Part shown: one piece after another, positions 1 to 8,435 of the stretch
How positions within the stretch are numbered: position 1 is the stretch's first letter
Layout: every line of letters begins with the position of its first letter
Assembly: GCA_964234715.1 (NCBI GenBank)
Contig: OZ174281.1
Strand: one strand, 5' to 3'
Source: Podarcis melisellensis
Lineage: Eukaryota
DNA: 64,000 nucleotides
Notes under the pieces: model-generated
Databases searched by the model: none
What the model was told of the DNA's origin: nothing
The model's input: only the letters and a program-made list of their open reading frames with translations
Translations under genes and position numbers: made by a program

Positions 1-1385
1 GGAGACTGACTGGATTTAAAGGGTTTCTCTGTTGACAACAGAAGTAACTAGATGCTTTAATGAACAAAGAGTTTATGGGAGAGCCAAGCCACAGCTAAAT
101 TTAAAGAGGGGAAAGAAAAAGAGCTTGGAAAACAATTCTGTGTTCAATCAAAAACCATGCAACCTCTACTCCACCCATAAATGGCTCAAAATAAGTCTTG
201 TGACACATCTCTGTATGGGTAAAAGCCCCAACCACAGCCAATTAAATCTGTAAACTAAACCCAAGGTAAAATGAGTAGCTGATGACCAAGTCTGTGCAGT
301 GCATGGATCTAAAACGAATCCTTCAAAGACTTGCGCACAGATGGATCCACTCTAAATCTAGCACCATTCTTACATGCTGTTTGCAGAAATATGCGCACAA
401 CTTAATCACCTTGTCCCCTTGACCTAGGAGAAAAGAGTTTGTGCTTGGTGATAGAAAATCTGGAATGGCAAAGAATGGTTAAATGGTAATGGAGCTGTGC
501 TTTATGGGACAGATGTTATGGGAAATGACTTCTAACAACATAGAACTGTGTGAAACAGAATCCTAGGTCACATCCAAACCATACATTTAAAGCACATCTA
601 ACACATTTTAAGCACATAGTTTCCACCAAAGAGTCATGGGAAACTGCAGTTAGTTAAGAGCACTGGAAATTGCAGCTCTATGAGGGTGATACTACAGTTC
701 CTAGAATTCTTGGGTGAAGTCATATGCTATATTTACCACCACGTTGTGCTAAATTTTCAAGGGGGTGGGGAACCGTAAGCTGATATACACCACCCCCTTG
801 TCACATAAGTGGTAGTGGGGTGGTAATGAAAATGGGTATATTACAACACAAAAACTACAATGATTTTCCAGCTTAATAGGGTTGCAAATCGATTCCCCCC
901 CCCCCCCAGAAAGAAGATGGAAATGAGTGTTAAAGTTCTGCTAAATTCCACTAGAATTCCAGAAGTGGCCTTTATGTCATGTGAAAGATCACATTACATG
1001 CAAAAATTAATAGGTAAGGAAAGATTCAGACAAGCGGGCAACCCCCCCTAAAGACTGTAGCCCTAATTACAAGTTACTCATATGCATGGAATAGTTATTT
1101 GGAGTGGGGCTGTACTTTTAGCACTGCCCTAGTGTCATCTTTCTTCCACTAACAACCACACATTGCCCATGTTTGTCTAAAGAGAAACTACAATGCACAA
1201 GATCTTGCTTGCGTGTCGGGATTCTGCACTGCATTTTTGAGAAAGAGACACTATCAGTAATGGAGCTTAAGATGGGGCTACGTTCCAAGTAACCACAGTA
1301 GCTTCCTACACAGGGATGGAGCTTACATGTCTATCATCTGCCCTAGCTGCAACAAAACATGTCTTTCCTGCATTGCTCTCTACAG

Positions 1386-1615
1386 CAGGGGTTGGCAACT
1401 TGTGGCCTATGGGCCACAAGCAGCCCATGGGGGTTGATTAAATGGCCCACAAGCCGCCCCCGAACTGGTGCAGTGAGCGGGACTCACTTCCATGGCACCA
1501 GAAATAGTGTCTGCGCCGACACCGGAAATCGCATCTGCGAAGACGCGATCCAGGCCACAGAGCTATCTCCGCGGGAGTGAACCAGCCCAGGCGAGGTAAA
1601 CCTTGCTGACCCCTG
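1386..1615. mobile_element. Non-autonomous hAT (Charlie-like) MITE
   Basis: TIRs CAGGGGTTGGCAA and TTGCTGACCCCTG; perfect 8-bp TSD CTCTACAG at 1378-1385 and 1616-1623. Confidence 0.9.
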
Positions 1616-2316
1616 CTCTACAGCAACCTTCCAACAACTTGACCTCACCCCCCAAGGTACACACCATTGTCTCCAGAGACAGATGGATGTCAACTACATA
1701 TCTATCAAAAGTAAATCCTTCCTTCCTAAGCTTGTCATATAAGAAAAATGCCAGGGTGGAGAGGGTGTGGGAGGGAGAGCTCTTTGTGACTGACAGGCTT
1801 AGCTACTAATCAGAAGGAATTATATTACCAGAACCCTCCAATGATAGTGCTTTGGAGGAGAGTTATGGAAGTAATGTATCACCCTATCTGCTCTGTACTA
1901 TTTACCAGTTCTGCTAGTGCTGCTTGCCTGGAAAATGCTGGACATTCAAGTCCTTTTGTCTCTGTCACTTGGCCACAATCCACTCCTAAGTCAGTTTCTG
2001 CAACCTTTATTGCCAACTGAGCAGAACACACACCTGAAGCTGTTTTCCATTAATCATATCTCCCCAATCATAGCATGTTACACGCATCACTCTGGAATGT
2101 TACATGATGCTTTCCTAGGGACACCCTACCATGTATTTAATTTCCCAGTGCAAACCCGACTGCATCTATCCTCCTGAAATTCTGAAGGTTTCTTCTCGGA
2201 TGTTTGCTGTTTTCATATGGATTGTCCACAAAACAATAGGGGAGATCAAATGGATCAATTTTAACTAAAAAAGGTAAATGTAAAGGACCACTGGGTGGTT
2301 AGGTGCAGTCAAAGGC

Positions 2317-2689
2317 CAGAAGCAGAGGAAGGGGTGTGTGGTGGGGGTGGGCCACCCTGGGTGTCACCACTGGGGTGTGTGTGACAAAATGCTGGGCAGC
2401 ACTCACTGTGGGGCCTGCAGTGCACCTGAGCCACGCGTCTCTCCTGGGAGTGATGTGGTGGCTTGGGTGCCGCAAGCTCTGCGCTGCCCCAAACGGTCTG
2501 CCCACCGCCTCCCCATCAGCTGTAGGGTGGGAGGAGGCAGGCAGACCCCTCGGAGGCCCCGTGGGGCGTTCTGCCCCAGCTCACCCTGCCCCCATGGGCG
2601 GTTGGCCCTCCCTGCAGGTGGTTGGCCCCGCCCCTGGGCGCAGGGCATGCGTACCACCCGAGGCGCCTGATCGGCTTGCTCTGCCACAG
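2317..2689. mobile_element. GC-rich non-autonomous hAT MITE nested in the SINE
   Basis: Degenerate TIRs CAGAAGCAGAG and CTCTGCCACAG; 8-bp TSD TCAAAGGC/TCAAAGGT at 2309-2316 and 2690-2697. Confidence 0.75.
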
Positions 2690-2937
2690 TCAAAGGTGAC
2701 TATGGGATGTGGAGCTCATCTCGCTTTTCAGGCTGAGGGAGCCGGTGTTTGTCCACAGACAGCTTTCTGGGTCATGTGGCCAGCATGACTAAACCGCTTC
2801 TGGCGCAACGTAACACCGTGACAGAAACCAGAGCACACAGAAATGCCATTTACCTTTCTGCCTATTATCTACTTGCACTGGTGTGCTTCTGAATGGCTAG
2901 GATGGCAGAAGTTGGGACAGAGCAATAGGAGCTCACC

Positions 2938-3345
2938 TGTCAGGGAACTGCCATCTAAAGCGCCGGGGGCGCAAAGGCTCACTGAGGTTGAGAGAGGAGT
3001 AGCAGCGGAAGAGGGAACCAGTAGAGGGCGAGCAAGAACTCCAAGGGAAAGTGAGTCGGAGGGATGGCTCAGAGACGCTTCCAGCGAAAACAGTGGGGAG
3101 GTCTCAGGACCTCCTATAGGGACACCCACACCTCGCCGGAAACTGTCACGCCGAGAGGCCAGACGATGTGTTTCCGTTAAAGAGCTTTTATGTTGGAAAC
3201 GATTCCGAAAGCAGCCACTTTCGGATTCTACTAGTGATTGACGCAGCCATGCTGGAGGGGCTCCGTCACAGGCAGAGGTTTGAAAACCTGATCAAACTCT
3301 GAGGGACTTGCATTTTACGCACAAGCAGCTCATCGTCCCATCACA
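2938..3345 (+). repeat. 5' LTR (408 bp)
   Basis: Begins TGTCAGGG, ends CATCACA; matches 8028-8435 except T3167 vs C8257. Confidence 0.97.
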
Positions 3346-3347
3346 GC

Positions 3348-3358
3348 AATCCGAAAGT
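3348..3358 (+). promoter_or_regulatory. Self-priming primer-binding site (AATCCGAAAGT)
   Basis: Lies 2 nt after the 5' LTR; exact reverse complement of LTR 3217-3227 (ACTTTCGGATT); no TGG-starting tRNA PBS present. Confidence 0.85.
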
Positions 3359-3391
3359 CACCGAAAGCCAGCTTGTGCAGGGAGAAGCATC

Positions 3392-4411
3392 ATGAGCAAC
3401 CCAGCCAGAACCGGAGGAGCAGGAGCAGCTGGAGGGGGTCCAAGCCTGGAAGAAAGGTACAGGGCGTTGGAGATCCAGTTGGCGCTGCAAACGGCGAGGC
3501 TTGAGGAGAGGAGGGCTCAGGATGCAGAAAAGGGAAAGGAGAAAACCACCCCGCTCGCCAGAAAGGTGCCAGGATTGGTGCAGAAATTCGGGGGGGATCC
3601 CAGGAACTATCATGCCTTTAGAACAGAGATGCAATACGCTCTAAACTTGCAGTTTGATGACTTCCCCAACGAGGAATCGCGAGTGGCTTTTGTGATTGGC
3701 CATCTCGAATCCGGGGCGAAGGATTGGGTTAGACCCCTGATGGCAGCGAATAATGAGATCCTAAAGGACACGAGGAAGTTTTTTCGTGCCATGGACCTGA
3801 TGTTTTCCAGCGATATTGAGCAGGGGGTGGTGCGAAGGCAGTTAATGGCTTGCCAGCAAGGAAGCAGATCTGTCCGTGAGTACTGGACTGAGTTTACTAT
3901 GCTGATTCATAAATTGGGGTGGGACCTATCGGCGGAGCCCATCCAAATGCTTTTCGAAGAGGGGCTTTCTTCAACCGTCAAAGATGAGCTTTCCCGGGGG
4001 CCCAGGGCGGAGTCTATGGATCAGTTAACCAAATCTGCACTGTGCATAGGAGCGCGCCAGGAGGCGAGGGCTTTGGAAAAGCGGGAAGGGAAAGGAGACC
4101 GTTGGAGGGAGTTCCGCATTCCAGACATTCCAGAGCCACCTTTCCCGCCGGCAGAGCCGATGGAAGTTGGAACAGCGCGGGCGCGCGCAGTTTCAAATCC
4201 CAGTGAAGGGCGGAAGAAGGAGGGAAGGAGCGCCAAGAGATGTTATCTCTGCCAACAGCCAGGGCACTTTGCCAGAGTCTGCCCACAAAGAAAGGAATGG
4301 CAAGGGATGGCAGGAGCTGTTGGGGGAAAGGAAGAGGAAGGCAAGGAGCAAGTAAAAGCCAACGCCTGGCTGCCACCGTCGGGGCACAGCAGCCAGGCCA
4401 AAGAGCAGTGA
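3392..4411 (+). CDS. gag: Gag (339 aa from ATG 3392): coiled-coil N-terminus, retrotransposon capsid domain, CCHC zinc knuckle
   Basis: First ATG after the LTR/PBS (gcatcATGa) lies in the 3308..4411 ORF; capsid-like motifs KFGGDP and CQQGSRSVREY; knuckle CYLCQQPGHFARVC. Confidence 0.93.
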   Translation: MSNPARTGGAGAAGGGPSLEERYRALEIQLALQTARLEERRAQDAEKGKEKTTPLARKVPGLVQKFGGDPRNYHAFRTEMQYALNLQFDDFPNEESRVAFVIGHLESGAKDWVRPLMAANNEILKDTRKFFRAMDLMFSSDIEQGVVRRQLMACQQGSRSVREYWTEFTMLIHKLGWDLSAEPIQMLFEEGLSSTVKDELSRGPRAESMDQLTKSALCIGARQEARALEKREGKGDRWREFRIPDIPEPPFPPAEPMEVGTARARAVSNPSEGRKKEGRSAKRCYLCQQPGHFARVCPQRKEWQGMAGAVGGKEEEGKEQVKANAWLPPSGHSSQAKEQ

Positions 4412-7400
4412 AAGTGCCCATGCCGGAACCTCCCAGACCCGCTTTAGTGATAGAGGTGTTACTAGAACTGCCAAACGGACACCCACTAAAGATCAAGGCG
4501 CTTTTGGATTCAGGCAGCTCCTGTAATTTCATGAGTAAGGAGTTTGCAGCTGAGCACCAGATACAGACCATCCCTTTAAGTAACCCCTTGCAGGTGACTA
4601 CGATTGACGGCAGAGAGCTGTTGGGGGGAGAAGTTAGCCAACAGACTGTCCCGATGATAATGAGGGTGGCAAGGCACACCGAACAGATAGCGTTTAATGT
4701 GGCCATCCTGGGAGGAGCGCCCATCATTTTGGGGATGAGCTGGCTGGCGCTACATGATCCGCTAGTGGGCTGGCATCAGAGGGTGGTCTCCTTTGGGTCA
4801 GCGCATTGCCTAGAACACTGCAAGGAGGGGAAGGTTTCGGGAGGAGACAGAGTCACCCTAGCCGGGATGGAAGTAATGGACAAAGGGAAGGTGCCCCCGC
4901 AATACGCAGATCTGAGCAACGTATTCAGCGAAAGGGAAGCAGACAAACTGCCACCGCATAGACCCTTTGACTGTCAAATCAACCTACTCCCTGGGGCCCA
5001 ACTCCCAGTAGGCAAGCTGTACGCCATGTCAGACAGGGAGATGCAGGAGCTGAGGGAGTTCATTGACAAAAACCTGAAGCGAGGTTTCATCAGAGAGTCC
5101 CGAGCGATGGGGGGCAGCCCAGTGTTTTTTGTGGACAAAAAGAACACAGACAAACCGAGACTGGTGTGTGACTTTAGGGCCCTCAATGCAGTGTCGGAGC
5201 CCCTGGCTTTCCCTATGCCCCGAATTGATGACATTTTGACCAGAGTAAGGAAGGGAAAGATTTTTACAAAGCTGGACCTGCGGGGGGCGTACAATCTGAT
5301 ACGCATAAGGAAGGGAGATGAATGGAAGACCACCATGTTTACCCCTTTGGGAGCCTTTGAATACCTCGTTATGCCCTTCGGTCTACAAGGGGGCTCCGCG
5401 TGTTTTCAAGCTTTTATAAACCACGTTCTGGGACCTTTGCTCTACAAGAATTGTGTGGCCTTTTTAGACGACGTGTTGGTGTATTCGGAAGATGAGGAAC
5501 AGCATGTGAGGGACGTTCGAGAAGTGTTGGGCAGGCTGCAAGCCAACCAGCTGTGGGTGAAACTGGAGAAGTGCCAGTTTCATACCAAGGAGGTGGAATT
5601 CCTGGGGTACCGCTTGTCAGACAAGGGATTGGCCATGGATCCAGGCAAGGTCCAAGCGGTACTGGAATGGAAGACACCGAAGACCAAGAAGGACGTGCAA
5701 AGATTCTTGGGGTTTGGGAACTTTTATCGGAAGTTCATCAAGAACTTTGCCCACTTGACGGCGCCCATCACCGACTGCCTCAGCAGCAAGAAGAAATTTG
5801 TTTGGACGGTAGAGGCGGATCGAGCCTTTGAAGAACTGAAAAGGGCTTTCGCCTCGGAAGAACAACTTCTGCATGTGGATTTACGAAAACCCATGAGAGT
5901 GGAAACTGATGCATCCGACTGGGCGGTAGGGGCGGTCCTTCTTCAACCGGGGAGGAGTGCGTCGGAGTGGAGACCGTGTGCCTTCTTCTCGCGGAAGCTG
6001 AATAAATCCGAGAGGAATTACACGGTGTATGACAGGGAACTACTTGCCATTCACGAAGCATTCCGGAGGTGGAGACATTTATTAATTGGGGCACAACACA
6101 AGGTGCAAGTGTGCACCGACCACAAGAATTTAGAGTATTGGAGAACAGCTCGAGTGCTCAACCAACGACAAGTGAGATGGGCACAGGAATTCTCCAAATT
6201 CAACTTTGAGATTTGTTATGTGCCAGGCCCAGAAAACGTCAGGGCGGACGCGCTCTCACGCAAACCAGAGTATTGGGAAGGGGAGGGGGTGATCGAAGAG
6301 AGACATGTCATCCCTGAGGACCGCTGGGTGTGTGGGGCGGCGCTGGTGGGGCAACGAGAACTGGTAGAGGAAACGGAAAATGATGAATATGCCCAGGATA
6401 AGCTCAGAGGTCTCAGGGGGGAGGGCGAGAGCCCCGGAGGTTTTGAGGAAAGAAATGGGGCATTGTATTACAAAGGGGCACTGTATATACCCGAAGGTGA
6501 ATTGAGGGGGAGAGTACTCAAGCAGTTGCATGATAGCCCCACGGCGGGACATTTTGGACAACACAAGACCATGTGGTTGGTTACCAGGGAATTTTGGTGG
6601 CCTAAGGTGAGGGAAGATGTAAGGGAGTATGTAAGAGGGTGTGACCAATGTCAGCGAGCCAAAGGGGAAAGAAGGGCGCCGGCAGGGTTATTAGAACCAT
6701 TACCCACACCAGAACGGCCTTGGGAAGCGATATCAATAGATTTTATGACGGATCTGCCAAAGTCCAAGGGGAAAACAGCCATCATGGTAGTAGTAGACCT
6801 GTTAACTAAGATGTGCCACTTTGTAGCATGCTCACCTGCAGTCACAGCGGAAGAAACAGCGAAGTTGTTTGTAGAACACATCTTTAGGTTGCACGGGGCT
6901 CCCTTGAGGGTGATCTCAGATCGCGGCAAACAATTTACTTCCAGGTTCTGGAGGAAGCTCATGAGCTTGCTGCACGTGGAAGTCAATTTTTCAACTGCTC
7001 GGCACCCTGAAACCAACGGGCAGGCGGAAAGAGCAAATGGCATTCTTCAACAATATCTGAGGTGTTATGTCAATGACAGAGAGAACGATTGGGTCGAAAA
7101 GTTGGCGTTGGCAGAATTTGCCTACAATAATGCGGAGAATGTGTCCACAGGGATGAGTCCCTTTTTGGCTAATTACGGGTGTCACCCCAGGGCATTTCCA
7201 GGGGAAGGAGGGGAGAGATGGAGCGTCCCAGCGGCTGAACATTTTGTAGAAGAGATGGAAGCGATCCATCATCAGCTCCAGCTCAACTTAGAAAGGGCTA
7301 AGGCACAATATAAGAAGCAGGCAGACAAGAACAGAAGGGAAGGTGAAACCATAAGGGTGGGGGATCAAGTGTGGTTGTCAACCCAAGGGTTGCCGTTCAA

Positions 7401-8331
7401 AGGGGGTTGTAAGAAATTGAGGCCCAGAAGATTGGGACCCTTTGAGGTCATTCAGCAGGTCAACCCGGTAGCTTTCAAACTCCGATTACCCAACCACATG
7501 AAATTGCACCCAGTGTTCCACAGGTCGTTACTGTCACCATACAGGGGGGGACGTGAAGGGGAGTACGTCAGGGGACCAGCCTTGGAAGAGAGGGAACGCC
7601 GCAACCATGTAGCGGAAATCCTCGATTCCAGGTGGAAGGGAAATCAGGTGGAGTATTTGGTGGCGTGGGAAGGGGAACCGGAGTCAGAAAACACCTGGGT
7701 GAATGCAGAGGAAGTCAATGACGAGGTTTTAACAGAAACGTTCCACCAAAGGTTCCCGAGGAAACCTCAGCCGATAGCAAGGTTTAGGAGGGAGTATTTC
7801 GGCACCACCGATGAGGAAGAGGAAATGGAAGGGTTCGCGGAGTCGGAGTTGGAAGAGGGAGTGGACTCCGATGACGAAGATTACCGAGAGAGTAGGAACA
7901 GCAACAAGTGGAGGGAAGTGTTCGCGACGTCGGAAGACGAAGGAGGTTCTTTCAGGGGTTTTACCTCCTCACCGCCAGTAGGGGAGGAGATGGGAGGGGG
8001 TGAAGGGGGCCCTGGAGGGGAGGTGGATGTCAGGGAACTGCCATCTAAAGCGCCGGGGGCGCAAAGGCTCACTGAGGTTGAGAGAGGAGTAGCAGCGGAA
8101 GAGGGAACCAGTAGAGGGCGAGCAAGAACTCCAAGGGAAAGTGAGTCGGAGGGATGGCTCAGAGACGCTTCCAGCGAAAACAGTGGGGAGGTCTCAGGAC
8201 CTCCTATAGGGACACCCACACCTCGCCGGAAACTGTCACGCCGAGAGGCCAGACGACGTGTTTCCGTTAAAGAGCTTTTATGTTGGAAACGATTCCGAAA
8301 GCAGCCACTTTCGGATTCTACTAGTGATTGA
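4240..8331 (+). CDS. pol: Pol polyprotein (protease, RT, RNase H, integrase, chromodomain, long acidic/basic tail) in the -1 frame relative to gag; true start probably by frameshift near 4357
   Basis: PR ALLDSGS; RT VCDFRALN, KLDLRGAY, MPFGL, FLDD; RNase H TDAS, RELLAI, TDHKNL, ADALSR; IN H..H..CDQC, SIDF, SDRG, NGQAE; GPF motif; chromodomain ILDSRWKGNQVEYLVAWEG..ENTW; no internal stops. Confidence 0.96.
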   Translation: MLSLPTARALCQSLPTKKGMARDGRSCWGKGRGRQGASKSQRLAATVGAQQPGQRAVKVPMPEPPRPALVIEVLLELPNGHPLKIKALLDSGSSCNFMSKEFAAEHQIQTIPLSNPLQVTTIDGRELLGGEVSQQTVPMIMRVARHTEQIAFNVAILGGAPIILGMSWLALHDPLVGWHQRVVSFGSAHCLEHCKEGKVSGGDRVTLAGMEVMDKGKVPPQYADLSNVFSEREADKLPPHRPFDCQINLLPGAQLPVGKLYAMSDREMQELREFIDKNLKRGFIRESRAMGGSPVFFVDKKNTDKPRLVCDFRALNAVSEPLAFPMPRIDDILTRVRKGKIFTKLDLRGAYNLIRIRKGDEWKTTMFTPLGAFEYLVMPFGLQGGSACFQAFINHVLGPLLYKNCVAFLDDVLVYSEDEEQHVRDVREVLGRLQANQLWVKLEKCQFHTKEVEFLGYRLSDKGLAMDPGKVQAVLEWKTPKTKKDVQRFLGFGNFYRKFIKNFAHLTAPITDCLSSKKKFVWTVEADRAFEELKRAFASEEQLLHVDLRKPMRVETDASDWAVGAVLLQPGRSASEWRPCAFFSRKLNKSERNYTVYDRELLAIHEAFRRWRHLLIGAQHKVQVCTDHKNLEYWRTARVLNQRQVRWAQEFSKFNFEICYVPGPENVRADALSRKPEYWEGEGVIEERHVIPEDRWVCGAALVGQRELVEETENDEYAQDKLRGLRGEGESPGGFEERNGALYYKGALYIPEGELRGRVLKQLHDSPTAGHFGQHKTMWLVTREFWWPKVREDVREYVRGCDQCQRAKGERRAPAGLLEPLPTPERPWEAISIDFMTDLPKSKGKTAIMVVVDLLTKMCHFVACSPAVTAEETAKLFVEHIFRLHGAPLRVISDRGKQFTSRFWRKLMSLLHVEVNFSTARHPETNGQAERANGILQQYLRCYVNDRENDWVEKLALAEFAYNNAENVSTGMSPFLANYGCHPRAFPGEGGERWSVPAAEHFVEEMEAIHHQLQLNLERAKAQYKKQADKNRREGETIRVGDQVWLSTQGLPFKGGCKKLRPRRLGPFEVIQQVNPVAFKLRLPNHMKLHPVFHRSLLSPYRGGREGEYVRGPALEERERRNHVAEILDSRWKGNQVEYLVAWEGEPESENTWVNAEEVNDEVLTETFHQRFPRKPQPIARFRREYFGTTDEEEEMEGFAESELEEGVDSDDEDYRESRNSNKWREVFATSEDEGGSFRGFTSSPPVGEEMGGGEGGPGGEVDVRELPSKAPGAQRLTEVERGVAAEEGTSRGRARTPRESESEGWLRDASSENSGEVSGPPIGTPTPRRKLSRREARRRVSVKELLCWKRFRKQPLSDSTSD
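4364..4419 (+). promoter_or_regulatory. Predicted H-type RNA pseudoknot (-1 frameshift stimulator)
   Basis: Stem 1 GCCTGGCTGC (4364-4373) pairs with GCAGCCAGGC (4389-4398), 10 bp perfect; stem 2 GGGCAC (4382-4387) pairs with GTGCCC (4414-4419); located at the gag/pol overlap. Confidence 0.75.
8014..8027 (+). promoter_or_regulatory. Polypurine tract
   Basis: GGAGGGGAGGTGGA immediately 5' of the 3' LTR. Confidence 0.85.
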
Positions 8332-8435
8332 CGCAGCCATGCTGGAGGGGCTCCGTCACAGGCAGAGGTTTGAAAACCTGATCAAACTCTGAGGGACTTG
8401 CATTTTACGCACAAGCAGCTCATCGTCCCATCACA
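8028..8435 (+). repeat. 3' LTR (408 bp); first 304 nt overlap the pol ORF
   Basis: Direct repeat of 2938-3345; followed by TSD TCACC. Confidence 0.97.

Larger units (their letters stand above)
2938..8435 (+). mobile_element. Full-length Ty3/Gypsy LTR retrotransposon (chromovirus, Tf1/sushi group), intact and very recent
   Basis: Direct 408-bp LTRs (TGT...ACA) at 2938-3345 and 8028-8435; 5-bp TSD TCACC at 2933-2937 and 8436-8440; uninterrupted gag and pol in PR-RT-RH-IN-chromodomain order; PPT next to the 3' LTR. Confidence 0.98.

Noticed and set aside
2299-2788. Overlapping GC-rich ORFs
   Set aside because: They lie within a GC-rich MITE and SINE, where stop codons are depleted.
2843-3241. 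132-aa ORF overlapping the 5' LTR
   Set aside because: Chance fusion of antisense SINE sequence to the LTR copy of the pol tail frame; nothing suggests an independent gene.
3308-3391. N-terminal extension of gag in the ORF track
   Set aside because: Starts at TTG inside the LTR and spans the PBS; ATG 3392 is the more plausible start.
5461-5472. RT active site FLDD rather than YxDD
   Set aside because: F at this position is common in Ty3/Gypsy RTs; not evidence of inactivity or novelty.
4014-8219. Several antisense ORFs within the Gypsy element
   Set aside because: Shadow ORFs of gag/pol with no recognisable domains.
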